Shown here piece by piece: positions 1 through 12,182 of a DNA stretch of 64,000 nt. Source of the stretch: Vezdaea acicularis (Eukaryota). The stretch is taken from assembly GCA_026025075.1 (NCBI GenBank), contig JAPEUI010000005.1:1-64000 (forward strand), written 5' to 3'. The notes under the pieces are model-generated. The model searched no databases and was not told the DNA's origin. It saw only the letters and a list, made by a program, of their open reading frames with translations. How positions within the stretch are numbered: the first letter of the stretch is position 1; every line of letters starts with the position of its first letter. The position numbers were made by a program, and so were the translations under genes.

Positions 1-1560
1 TAAGGCTTCCTACTGCGGGACACCGTATCTGGCGCGCAAACTGAACTTGGTTCGTATAAACTCTTTGGGCGTCCGACATGACACTAATATGATGCGATAG
101 ATCCTTATGATGCACATCAAACAGACACTGCCTGATATCAAGGCTCGGATCTCTTCTTCTCTACAAAAATATACTGCTGAACTAAATACCCTGGGCGACT
201 CGATGCTAGGCAACAGCGCCAACATCGTCCTTAACATCATCACAGAGTTCTGCAACGAATATCGGACAGTCCTAGATGGCAACAACCAAGAGCTATCAAG
301 CCTTGAACTCTCAGGCGGCGCTAGAATCAGTTTTGTTTTCCACGAGCTGTACTCCAATGGTGTCAAGGCTATCGATCCTTTCGATCAGGTGAAAGATATC
401 GACATTCGGACTATACTCTACAACTCTTCCGGCTCCTCACCTGCACTCTTTGTGGGCACCACTGCATTTGAGCTCATTGTAAAGCAACAGATCAAACGGC
501 TTGAGGAACCCAGCCTTAAATGCGTCTCGCTCGTCTATGACGAACTCGTCCGAATCCTGACCCAGCTCCTCAATAAACAACTCTTCCGCCGATATCCCCA
601 ATTGAAGGAGAAGTTCCATCTTACCGTAATCGCCTTCTTCAAGAAGACCATGGACCCGACGAACAAGCTCGTGCGAGATTTGGTCTCCATGGAGTCTTGC
701 TATATCAACACTGGCCACCCAGACTTCCTAAATGGACATAGGGTTAGTAATTTATCCCCATTTATGTACACTGCGCGGAACAGAGCGCCTCATTCCATCT
801 CTGTTTGAATGAGAGTATCTAACCAATCTGCGTAACAATCAGGCAATGGCAATCGTCAACGACCGCCACAACCACAGCAAACCAGTGCAAGTCGACCCCA
901 AAACAGGAAAACCCCTACCGCCCCAGCAGGGCGCCGTGCAGGGCCGCTCAAGCCCCACCATGGACTCCATGAGCGACCCGAACGGCGGCTTCTTCGGCAG
1001 CTTCTTCGCCAGCAAGAACAAGAAGAAGATGGCGGCTATGGAGCCGCCGCCTCCCTCGCTGAAAGCTAGTGGTACGCTAAGCGAGCGCGAGGGCGTCGAG
1101 GTCGAAGTTATTAGTGAGTTTTTTTTCCTCTGTGGTGGCTTGAGGTTTTTGTGTATGGTGCAACGGACTGATTTGTGTTTAGAGCTCCTGATTAGCTCGT
1201 ACTACAATATCGTGCGACGGACGATGATCGATATGGTCCCGAAAGCCGTCATGCTTAACCTCGTACAGTGAGTCCTTTCCACACAACCTTTCTCCCACCC
1301 CTTCTTCCCCCCTCCGTCCCTTTCATTCTCTCTTTTCCCCCCAACATCAAGTGTATCTCTGACTAACCCGCCCTTTTTCCCCCTCGCACAGATTCTCCAA
1401 AGACGAAATGCAGCGCGAACTCCTCGAGAACATGTACCGTAGCAACGACTTCGACGACCTCCTCAAAGAAAGCGATTACACCATTCGTCGCCGCAAGGAG
1501 TGCCAGCAGATGGTCGAGAGCCTCAGTCGTGCCAGCGAGATCGTTAGTCAGGTACAATGA
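1..1560 (+). CDS. VPS1: Dynamin-like GTPase Vps1, middle and GED domains; 5' part lies outside the window
   Basis: Translation CGTPYLARKLNL|ILMMHIKQTLPDIK, ELSGGARISFVFHE, YINTGHPDF and C-terminal DMVPKAVMLNLVQ|FSKDEMQRELLE...RASEIVSQVQ* (TGA 1558-1560). GT-AG introns at about 50-100, 743-842, 1115-1182 and 1268-1391. Confidence 0.95.
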
Positions 1561-2239
1561 GCGGAAAATTCGTTGGGATCGTGGACTGGTGGGTTGTTGG
1601 TGTTGTGCTTCTTCTCTTGTTTGGGGGACAAGCTCGGTGCGTAGGGGATGAGGGGGAGTGGTGGAGTGTGCTGGACTGGTGTGGGGTGGAATGGATGGAG
1701 CGGGGCAGGGGTTAGACAAGTCCGGTGGATGACCGTGTTTGACGGTGCGATATGCCCGAACGCACCGGCAAGTCGATATCTGAGCGCGAGTATGTGTGTG
1801 CGTGGATCTGATACCTAGAATGCTTGGTTCCTATTCTGTTGCTCCCCTCCTTCGGGACATCATCTTTCTTTCCCTTATCTCAATCCGGACCCCCCGGGCC
1901 CCATGTGCTAGGCTAGGCGTCCGTAGGTAGATTCACAATGTCATCACAGTTAGCGCGACCATACACGTCCTCTTTCTTTAGCTGCTAGTTTTCTCTCTAG
2001 CTTCGTGTTTTGGAACAGTGGGGATCGTGACTTAACTCGTGGACTAACATGAATACGCAAGGAGCCTTGAGTGCAAGATACGCCTTACTTCCGGCCCTGT
2101 ACATACGTGGACTTTGACTTTATGCATCGAGTATTGGGGTTGGAGGTAATGGACGATCTTGCGAGCCCGCCCGCTAAGACTTCAAGAAAAAGAGGGGGGG
2201 GTGAGCCTACGACGCAAGATCAATGGAACAATAATCGAG

Positions 2240-2660
2240 CCGCTCACGTGGAGGAAGGGGGAAGTAACGTGGCCCTTAAGTTTTTGCGGTGGGTGTTGCG
2301 GGGGAATGACTTCATACCCAGCTAATATCCGGCCGCTTCGCCGCGGGACATTTGCTTCATGATCGGGCATCGCCATATAATGAAACGGGATAGAAAATTG
2401 AACCGCTCACGTGGTGTGAGGGGCAAGTAACGTGGCTCTTGAGATTTTGCGTTCGGCCATGCAGCTTCATCCGCAGCAATCATGCAGCCTTTTCGCTGTC
2501 CGGCTTTAGCTCCACGGTCGAGGAAGGCATGAGATGGTAAATTATGAAGCAAAAGGATGAGTTGGAGAGAGCTATCGCGGGATGGGAAAGGCGACGAGAA
2601 TGTGGAAGACTCACGTTACTCTACCCCTTCTGCACGTGCCCCTGAGATTTCGTGTCGGAG
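2240..2660. repeat. Three related ~50-bp cassettes, each CACGTG-N15-AACGTG or its inverse
   Basis: Cores at 2245-2271, 2408-2434 and 2612-2638, with similar downstream flanks (gcccttaagtttttgcg / gctcttgagattttgcg / cccctgagatttcgtg). Confidence 0.8.
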
Positions 2661-2714
2661 TTTGTAGATTGCCAATCAGATTGTCAATCTGGTGTCGAGA
2701 TTGATGATCTTGGA

Positions 2715-3670
2715 AACCTCACGTGGGGTGGCACTGCTGCACGTGGTCGAAGTGGCTCACAAAAAGGCATTTAGCGCTAGTGAAAGAAGATGGATAACCT
2801 TCTTTCACGTCATCCTGAGAGTCACAGTTTCCTAATTAGGAAGCGTCTTCAGCTTCATACTGCTCGCCGTGAGGATTGGAATTCAAGATCTCATCCAGCT
2901 CAAGGGGGCCGGCTCGAAGGATGCTCAAAACGCAACGCAAAAGTGAAAAGGCCACCTGTGGCAGCGCTGCCGCACGTGGTTGAAGTGGCTCACAAAAAGT
3001 CGTTTTACGCTAAAGAGAGAAGATGCGTAACCTTCTCCCAACGTCGAGCTGGAGGGCAAGACTTCCTAATTAAGAACTATCTTCAGCTTCATGCTGATGG
3101 CTTTGAAAATGGGAATGCAAGACCTCATCCAGCTCCGGGAGGGAGCGGCCTGGAGAATGCTCAAAGTGTGACGCAAAATTGAAAGGCCTACGTGCAGCGG
3201 CACATCGCACGTGGTTTAAGTGGTTCACAAAAAGTCATTTTACGCTAGTGAAAAGAGATGACTAACCTCCTCCAATGTCGAACTGGAGGGCAAAACTTCC
3301 CGATTAGGAAGTATCGTGAGCTTCATGCTCTTGCGGTGAGAATGGGAATTGCAACTCAAGAACTGATACAAAGTAGAGAGGTGTCCTGGAAGGTGACTAA
3401 AACGCAACGCAGAAGTGGAAGGCCCACGTGCGGCAGCGCCGCCGCACGTGCTTAAAGTGGTTTACAAAAAGCCGTTTTACGCTAGAGAAAGAAGATAGGT
3501 AACCTTCTCCCGATGTCGAGCAGGAGGGCAGAACTTCCCGATTAGGAAGCATCGTGAGCTTCACGCTGCTGCGATGAAAACGATAATTCGATTTCATGGA
3601 CTGATGCAAAATAGGAAAGCGTCCTGAGAGATGCCCAAAACGCAACGCAGAAATGGAAAGCTCACGTGCT
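2715..3670. repeat. Diverged tandem array of four ~235-bp units rich in palindromes
   Basis: Anchor GCACGTG-..-AAGTGG-..-ACAAAAAG recurs at 2739, 2972, 3207 and 3444 (periods 233, 235, 237). Shared blocks include CGCTA, TAACCT, TTCC..ATTA.GAA, AGCTTCA and, in three units, AAAACGCAACGCA. Confidence 0.92.
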
Positions 3671-4082
3671 GTCATGTGTTCTTTTTGGCTGATGGGTGGG
3701 CCTCTCTGCTTGGACGTCGAGGGGGAACACCCCGAGGATCTGGTCAAGCGAGGTATCGTTGAGTCTATATCTGTGGTAGAGGTACCTTCGGCCTAGGGCA
3801 GACCCGGTCAGTGAGGGGTAAGACTAATATATTCGGACTTGGAACGTTATGTGATTACCTCAAATACCCTATACCTATGTGTGACGTTTCCCAAACTGAG
3901 CGGCTGCCTTTCCTCCTGAGGTCATATATGCTCGAAGTGGCAGATTATACATTTCCCATACTAGCGAAAGGGGTCAGAACATTTTCAGCTATCAGACAGC
4001 TCCCAACTCTTATGTAGGCTGTGGGACTTACTCTACCTATATACAGCACCGCATTAACTCAATGCCTTCCTCCGCTTTCGAC

Positions 4083-5298
4083 TTATGGTAAGACAATATA
4101 CCGCTCCAAGCTCTTTGGGATTGCCCCCAACAGGCCCTTACTCTCCAGCCACTTCCTCGAGAAAAGCCTGTCGGCATACCTGTACGCGCCATCACACAGC
4201 ATTGTGACGACTGTCTTTCCTGGGCCCAGCAACTCTGCAACCTCCTTTGCCGCGACGACATTGAGTGCACTGCTCGCGCCCAAGTACAAGCCCTCCTCGT
4301 CTAAACAGCGGTAGACCATCTCGATGCTCTTCTCATCCGAGATATGCAATGCTCCGTCCACACGCTCAATCTCCATTGCCAAGTTGTCCGTCACACGCCC
4401 TTGCCCGATGCCCTCTGTGATCGAGCTCCCGGTCCTCTCTTTCAGTTTTCCGCCGCTAGTGATATACGAGTGGAGCACACTCCCTGGCGGGTCCGCAAGG
4501 TAGCACTTCACCCTCCCATCCGAGACCGTCTTGAGATATCTCGTAACGCCCGCCAGCGTCCCCCCCGTCCCAGTTGAGCACGTAAACGCATCAATATCTC
4601 CCTTCGTCTGCGCCCAGATTTCCGGTCCCGTGCCCTCTATGTGCGCCTGCGCATTTGCCGTATTGTCGAACTGGTCCGTCCAAATTGCCTTCCCATGCCC
4701 AAGCCTCTCTGCGTGCCGCTTCGCCTGATGATTATAGTTCTCCGGGTTGTCATACGGCACCGCGGGGACGGGGAAGACTTCGGCGCCGAGCAGTCGTAGC
4801 AGGTCGATCTTGCCTTGTGATTGTGTGGCGGGCATATAAATCACAAGCTTGTAGCCCTTAGAGCGGCAGACGTGCGCGAGCCCAATACCGGTGTTGCCTG
4901 CGGTGCCTTCGATCACTGTCCCGCCGGGTTGGAGGGCTCCTGATTCTTCGGCGGCAACGACGAGGGAGAGCGCTGCGCGGTCCTTGACGCTGCCACCTGG
5001 ATTTTGGAATTCGGCTTTGCCAAGTACATTGCAGCCAGTTTGTTCAGAGAGGCGATTGAGGCGAATGAGGGGCGTGTTGCCAATTGCTTCGAGACAGGAT
5101 TGTGAGTTGCGAGGAGACAGGTATTGGGTGCACTATCTGGGTGCACTATCTGGGAAACTTACCTCCTGTGAGACCATGCACTACGCCTTGGGCTTTCGAT
5201 ACTGCAATGCCATAGTGATTTGAGGCCTCCATTTCTGCGGCGGTGGCGGCTGCACGGACGGCAGTGGTGCTGAGCTGCCGCAGACCTGTTCTGAACAT
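4083..5298 (-). CDS. cysB: Cysteine synthase (O-acetylserine sulfhydrylase, PLP-dependent) with a probable mitochondrial presequence
   Basis: [24 protein letters not shown] (PLP lysine), [20 protein letters not shown] and ITEGIG. N-terminus [17 protein letters not shown]. One intron at 5087-5162. Confidence 0.93.
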
Positions 5299-5696
5299 CA
5301 CCACTGATCCCAGTGTAGTAGAGTGCGATAATGGCGGTAAAGAAAGTGGTAGGGTCCTAAAAAATCTGCCATAAATTTTGCCCGTTCGTAGGTCATCGAT
5401 GTCGCAATTCTGCGGTTGACCAAACGAGGATAAGCGCATGACAGGGGTCGGTGAGTTTATCTTAGCGTCGTTGCATAGTGTTTGTTTACGTTGACAAGGA
5501 TGACCTCCGAGAAATGCGATGACCTTGAATTAGATACCGACAGAACGTACAATTCTTTCCAAAGCGCATGCGAAGCTTACAAGGCGACAGCTCTTCACCT
5601 AATATATTTGGAGCAGTATTGCTCTCTCTAAAGCGATCATCTGCGACCAAAGCTTGTCGAGCTTCACCCTGAAAGTTTGGAGATTGTGTACTCAAG

Positions 5697-8600
5697 ATGC
5701 CGGGCCGCATCTCTACTCGATCGCGACAGTCCATACCGACGAGCGGCCTCTCTAGTAAAGCATCCTCTCAGACGCTTAATAACCGCCAGTCCAATTCTTC
5801 ACGAGTCTCATCACCAGCCGTCACGATCCCCGAAGATGGCCCGACGTCGAACGTGCGCATCCAGGTTTGTGCCATCTTCGGAGATGCCCAGCGCACAATA
5901 GCAGGACATCGCAAGCTGGCAGTGAACTTGCGCAAAGTACAAGAGAGGTGCTGCTACGAGCCGGTGAGGATAAAGCCGAAGAAGGGAGAGTCCCAGGAAG
6001 AGGATGGCATGGGTGAGCAGGACTTCAATGCCGAGGTTTTGCGGTGTACGCTGAGGCTGCTGGGAGTAAAGAAGAGTGAGACCGCAGCAGATCGAGTGAT
6101 CAGGTTTCTCGGGCTCTTCTTGAAGCATGCGAGTGACAAAGGTGCAAGCTGTCCATCACCCTCCCTGACCTTCCCACCTGACAATATGCAGATATATCAC
6201 TCCTCCCTCAACCACCTTCAGAAGACGACGTCTACCCAGAAACACCTTCAACTCGCCTCACTACTCTCCTTCTAAGCACCATCCTACCCTTTCTCAACTC
6301 CAAAGAAAAGACTGTCCGCTACCGCACCACCCAGATAGTCTCCCATACGATCAACACCGTCGACTCCATCGATGACGACCTGTTCCACCTTCTCCGACTC
6401 TCCCTCCTAAAGCGCCTCCACGATAAAGAACCAATGGTGCGCGTCCAAGCGGTCCTAGGTCTCGGCCGCCTCGCCGGCAACGAAGCCGATGACGATGAAC
6501 AGGAAGACAGCGACTTCTCCATGACCTCTGATCACGGCAGCGGGCTGCTCGAGCGGCTCCTCGAAGTGCTCCAGAACGACCCAAGCGCCGATGTGCGCCG
6601 CTCGCTCCTCCTCAACCTTCCACTCACGCCCGGCACGCTGCCCTTCCTCCTCGAGCGCGCCCGCGACCAAGATCCAGCCACCCGCCGGGCGCTTTACTCG
6701 CGCCTGTTACCCGCGCTAGGCGACTTCCGCCACCTGAGCCTGAGCATGCGTGAGAAGCTGCTGCGGTGGGGCCTTCGCGACCGCGACGAGAACGTGCGCA
6801 AGGCGGCCGGGAAGCTCTTCCGCGAACGCTGGATCGAGGACTGTGCTGGGACGCTCGCCGCCACTGATGACACCGGTGGAAAGCCCAAAGAAGGCGAGGC
6901 GCAGCCGCCAAACTTCGAGGGTTTGCTCGAACTGCTCGAGCGCATTGATGTCGTCAACTCGGGCGTGGAGAACGGCGTGGCGCTCGAGGCTATGAAAGGC
7001 TTTTGGGAGGGGCGCGCGGACTATCGCAATGCCGTCGTGTTCGACCAGGAGTTCTGGGGAAGCTTGACGGCCGAGTCGGTCTTCATGGCGCGATCGTTCA
7101 ACTCGTTCTGTCGTGACGCCGGCGAGCACGGAAAATACGATGACCTCGTCGACGAGAAGATGCCAGAAGTCACCGCGCTGGCCTTCTACCTCGAGCGCTA
7201 TCTTGCCGCGCTCATGACCTCGCTGGCTGCAGCGAAGAATCCGCCGACTGAGGGAGCAGAAGAAGACGTCGATCCCGTGGAGGCTGAGTTTATCGTCGAG
7301 CAGCTCTTGCATATCGCCAGCACGCTCGACTACAGCGACGAAGTGGGGCGCCGGAAGATGTTCACGCTGCTCCGCGAGACGCTCGCGATGCCTGACTTGC
7401 CTGATGAGGTCACGCGGCTGGTCGTCTCCGTGTTACGGGACGTGTGCGGCGGCACGGAAGATGCGGAGCGCGAGTTCTGCGCTGTGGTCCTCGAGGCCGT
7501 GGCTGAGGTGCACGACACGATTATGGACCCTGAGGCTGACGTCGAAGGCGGAGAAGACGAAAGCTTCCACTCCGCTCGCTCCGAACTGAGCATCACGCCG
7601 ACTAAAGCCTCGATACCGTCCAAGAAAGCACCGAAAGGGGGGCTGGAGGAGGAAGCTGAAGAAGACCCGGACGCCGCGGCCGACGCAAAGGCCATCAAAG
7701 AAATTCTCGTCAACCTCAAATGCCTCCTCATCGCACAGGCAACGCTAAGCCACGTCTACACGCCACTCCAGAGCAACCCTTCCCTGCTCAACCTCCTCAA
7801 CAACCTCATCATCCCCGCCGTCCGCTCGCATGAGGCGCCCATCCGTGAGGCCGGGCTGCGTTGCCTAGGCCTGTGCTGTCTGCTCGACCGCTCCCTCGCG
7901 GAGGAGAACCTCGGCCTGTTCCTACACTGCTGGGCGAAAGGGAGCGAAGCCTTGCAAGAAGAAGTCCTCGGTGTCGTCGCGGATCTCCTGCTCAGCCACG
8001 GGCCAGGCTTGCTCGCCGGTGACCCTGCGATGACGGCGACGACAACGGCGACGCCCGGCGCCAAAGAAGCCCCCGCCGTCGCGAGGCAGGTCAGTAAGAT
8101 GTATACGCGCGCCCTGCGCTCTACGTCCGTGGATGTGGCGGGGATGGCTGCCATCGCGCTGTGCAAGCTACTCCTCAGCCAGGTGTTGCGAGAGCCGGAA
8201 CTGCTGAAGCAGCTCATCATCGCGTACTTCGATCCCGAAACGAAAGGCAACCTCAGGCTGCGCCAAGCGCTGAGTTATGCGCTACCGGTGTTTAGTCATT
8301 CGCGTAAGGAGAATATGCGGAGAGTGGGAGAGGTAGTGGGAGGGGTCGTGCGCGGGGTGGTGAGTAGGTGGGAAGAAGACGGCGGGGAGGAAGGCGAGGA
8401 AGGCGTCAATTGGGGAGTCCTTGGAGGAGTATTGGCGGAGTGGACGGACGAGCGGAGGGGCGTGTGGAACGTCGAAAAGCTGGGTGGAATGAGCCTCACA
8501 GAAGGCGATCGAGATGCCGATAGAGACGCCGAGGAAGCCAGCGTTCACCTCACCCTCGCGCTCGACACGCTCGAGCGTCTCAACGAGAAGGGTCTCGGAA

Positions 8601-9081
8601 GTAAGCCTTATCCCTCTCCCTAATCTCCTTTTTGGCAGGACGACAGACTAATGTCCCCGTAGAAGAAGAACGCAAAACCCTCGCCTCCCTCCTTTCGAAG
8701 CTACACCTCGCGCCCAACAACCCTCCTGCCACACTCCTCGCACTGCAGACCCTCCTCGAGGAGTCGCTCGCGAGCCGCGTCTTCTCGGACGCGGCGGGAC
8801 GTAACGCCCTGCTTAAGCTAAATGCCAGCGTGGCCAAGATCCTAGCGGCGAAGGGTGTAGCAGAGGTTAAGGGGACGCAAGAGGCAAAGGAGGGGGCTGA
8901 GGAGGAGGGTTTGGATGAAGAGGTCGAGGAGGTCACAACGGAGGTGGAGGAGCAGGTGGTCGGAGATGACGGGCAGGAGGGAGTGGGAGGGATGGACCGT
9001 CTGTCGACCGAAAAGGACGTGGTTGATTCGTTGGTGGATGAACTGCTTTCTGATGGGGAAGACGAGACGGGCGGGTTTTAG
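5697..9081 (+). CDS. YCG1: Condensin non-SMC subunit G (Ycg1/Cnd3/CAP-G), HEAT repeats
   Basis: IFGDAQRTIAGHRKL, LQNDPSADVRR, LLERARDQD, LDYSDEVGRRKMF and LRQALSY motifs. Introns at about 6142-6191 and 8601-8661. Confidence 0.92.
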
Positions 9082-10050
9082 AGTTATCATGCTGTGCGTT
9101 CTTTGCTGTGCGTCTTTCCGATTCGATTTCTGCAGGCTTGCGGCGTGTACTACCAGTCAAGATATCCTCAATCAGCGCGACACGATACACTCCCGACCAC
9201 ATCATGAGAGAAGAAGCTTTACAATTTCGCAATAATTAAAGGTACAACCTTACATCCCGGCCTACACCCGACCCAGCAAAATACCCAGCTACAGTAGAAG
9301 CCTCCCTATACCCCGAAGCTACCATGCACTCCCCACACCACCCAAGGTATAAAGCCATCGCTATCGCTCCACCCCTTAAAACCCCCTACACCTCCCCCCC
9401 CCCTTTTTTTCCCAGAACCATGTCTTTGTCCATACCCATTACATATTGTCCGCAAGTGAAGTGGTATCTTGTCCAACCAATGTTCCGAAGAGAAAAGCCC
9501 TCCCGCCGAGCAGCCGCAGCAAAACGCGAGGAAATGCAAGAGTGTGGCGAACGTGAAGAGAAGAAAAAGAAACCGCTTGGGGTGATGGTGTAGAATACGG
9601 CCACGTCGTGCGAAAGCGAGGTGTGTATTAAAGAAAAACGAGTTGAGAAGAGTGGCCTGGTAGCCAGGAGGTGCGAGAACAATGCACCAGGGTGGACTGA
9701 AAAGAGAAAAGGAGGGGCAAGAATGACAGAAAAGCGAAAGGAAGATCTCAATTTGGTTCCACAACAGCAGCAGCAGCAGCAACACTTTTGATATCCCACC
9801 AACACCAACCCGTCTGCAATGCTACCCGCTTGCCCCGGATACAATTCATCGTCCCGTTTCCGTTTTGCAAATGACAGTGAGTTGCTTGTAGAATGACGCA
9901 CGCAGAGTCGAGGATAAAACCAGAATTCCGCAGGCTACCTTTATCACCCACCGCCCCACGCGCCTTCGCCGAGTTCATGCAATTTGTTATCAGCCGCGTT
10001 TTTTTCTTCTTTTCTTTTGTATATATGGTATACGGTGAGCGAGTGAGGGC

Positions 10051-12182
10051 TTATGCCGGAGATTGATTGGTACGATCACCGTTGAGTCGTTCGCCGCGAG
10101 AATTGTCGTTCATGGTCAAGCCGCCGAGACCGGTCGAAAGGAACGAGAATGGGTCGTGCATTTGTTCCTGTTGGTTATTGTAGAAACCATTAGCAGGGCC
10201 GGCGGACGCTGGCCCATGGTTCTGACCGTGCCCGCCAGCGGAGTTGAATGCGCCTTCAGCAGCACGGCTGTCGAAGGGCCCAGCAGAAGCGGAGCCATGA
10301 CTTGGACCGAAGTGGGTGTTGAGGTTATGGTATGGACCGGTTGCAGCTCCAAGACCGGATGGAAGAGCATAAGTGCTTGGCGGGCCACCAAAAGGCTGGC
10401 CAGGGAATCCGCCAGAGCCAAAACCACCAGCTGGCGCAGCGAAAGGTCCAGGTCCCGGGGTTCCTGCAACAGAGTGTTGAGGGGTCATAACGTATTGAGA
10501 TTGATTGTCCATGGGAGAGTTGAAGCCAGACTCAGCAACGACAGCTGCAGTTGCACGGCTTGCTCCACAACGGAGACAACTGACGTTCTTGGCGAAGTTA
10601 TGGTAACCGCAGCCATCCGCTCCACATTTCCAATCACCAGCACGGAATGGCACCATACCGCCACCCATACCGCGAGAATGGCCCATGCCAGGACCGTGGC
10701 CTCCCATGTGCGGAGGTTGTTGCATCATCGGCGGCCCATACCCATATCCTGAAAATCCCATATGATCCGCGCCAGGCCCTGCAGATACAGCAGGGAAGGA
10801 GCATCGGAAGCAGGCAGTACGACGTTGGAAGTTGGAGAAACCACATTGCGGGCAGCTCCAGTCGCCCGGACGAGGCCGATTCTTGCTAGGTGGGAAGGGG
10901 GTAAGAATCTCAGCGGCACGGTCAAGGACGCGGCTGGAGGATGGCGACACCTCGATAGCCTTTTCGTTTAGTGCACGTCCGTTCATGCATAAGCTTTCTG
11001 CCGCCTTTTTGAATTAAGAACAGATTAGTGATGTGAGTACGGCGATGGAATTTCAAAAGAATCCAGTGTACTCACCTCTTCGTGCGATGAAAACACAGCG
11101 AACCCAGAGCCTGTTGGCTTGTGCTGGTCTGGCGTCCGCAGAGTCCAGAACGCAATCGGACGGCCACCGAACTGGGTAAACCAGCTCTCGAGCTCGGATT
11201 GAGTGGTATCGTGAGGAAGGCCACTCATGTGGAGGACTTTGCTTCGCTCGTTGAGGAAGGCACGAACATCTGCTCTAGCGTCCAACGGCCTCGTTAAGAC
11301 ATCCGGATGGTCCTGTGGAGGCTGCGACTTGCGGATCAAACCACGAAGCACCCGAGTCAAGGTGATAGCTTCTTCCATAGCACGTCGTGGTGAGGCAGGG
11401 GCCAAAGCTTGCAGATGGAATGGTAGGTTATGCTTGATCGGGGCGGACGATACGACCGGTTCGACCTCAAGAGCAGCGCAAATATTTGCCAGAGACGAGG
11501 GGCCAAAGGGAAGGGACTCGGGGTGGTGCTGCTGCCAGCGTTGATATTCGGTGCGGAGATCGAATGTCCGAGAATGCTGAAGATACGGTGGCAAAACTAC
11601 GGCCTTGTCGCGGGCTTCTCGAGGTAATTGGACTCGAAGCTCCCACGCGTCGAGAGTGACAAATGCAAATTCGAGGGACTTGCTGGTGACGTGTTCATTG
11701 ACGAACTGATCGATCTGGGTTATGGCATCTCGGAAAGAGCCAGATCCTCGAACATGCTCCCACGTCAAAGTGGTGAGACTCGCTAGAGATTTTATATTGT
11801 CAGTCTGTGACTGCGAGAAATGTTCCCGCGGTCGATAGGGCAAGGTATGATGCCGAACACATTGCAGTAGCCAACTTACTGCACAGAGGAGTGATTGGTG
11901 TGTTGACAGGCTTGACGAGAACACTCTGGCGTGCAATCTAAATTTTGCCGTGTCGAATTAGCTCTTGTCTCCGACTTCCGAAGGCCGATTGACCACAGCC
12001 AAGACCAAATCAAATGCCAGTCATACCTCATCGCAAGTCTTTGCATCCAGCAAAATCCATCCCAACTCGATAACCTCGGCGGAATCCTTGGTGACGTAGA
12101 CTCCGTGCTCATCGCAGGTAGTGGCGGCGTGCAGAACCAGGTACCGGTCCAAGTTTGGCTGTTGTGCCTGTACGGTCGACAT
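10051..12182 (-). CDS. NRP1: Nrp1/ARP-like RNA-binding protein: exonuclease-like N-terminal domain, RRM, two RanBP2 zinc fingers
   Basis: LHAATTCDEHGVYVTKDSAEVIELGW; RRM VLHMSGLPHDTTQSELESWF...GSGFAVF; fingers RPGDWSCPQCGFSNFQRRTACFRC and RAGDWKC...YHNFAKNVSCLRC. Three introns. Confidence 0.88.

Noticed and set aside
2790..3455. ORFs of 130 aa and 65 aa within the repeat array
   Set aside because: Frames break between units and no domain is recognisable. I found no consistent splice pattern, though a spliced gene is not fully excluded.
2715..3670. CRISPR-like or integron-like array (palindromic repeats with spacers)
   Set aside because: The intervening sequences are homologous to each other rather than unique, there is no cas or integrase gene, and the DNA is eukaryotic.
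6624..8250. Many antisense ORFs over YCG1 (likewise over KDM5, GLS2 and NRP1)
   Set aside because: Shadow ORFs caused by high GC3 in real genes on the opposite strand.
8601..8661. Alternative acceptor or stwintron in the last YCG1 intron (two CTAAT..AG signals)
   Set aside because: The first acceptor gives a 38-nt intron and a frameshift, and its removal does not rebuild a second donor.
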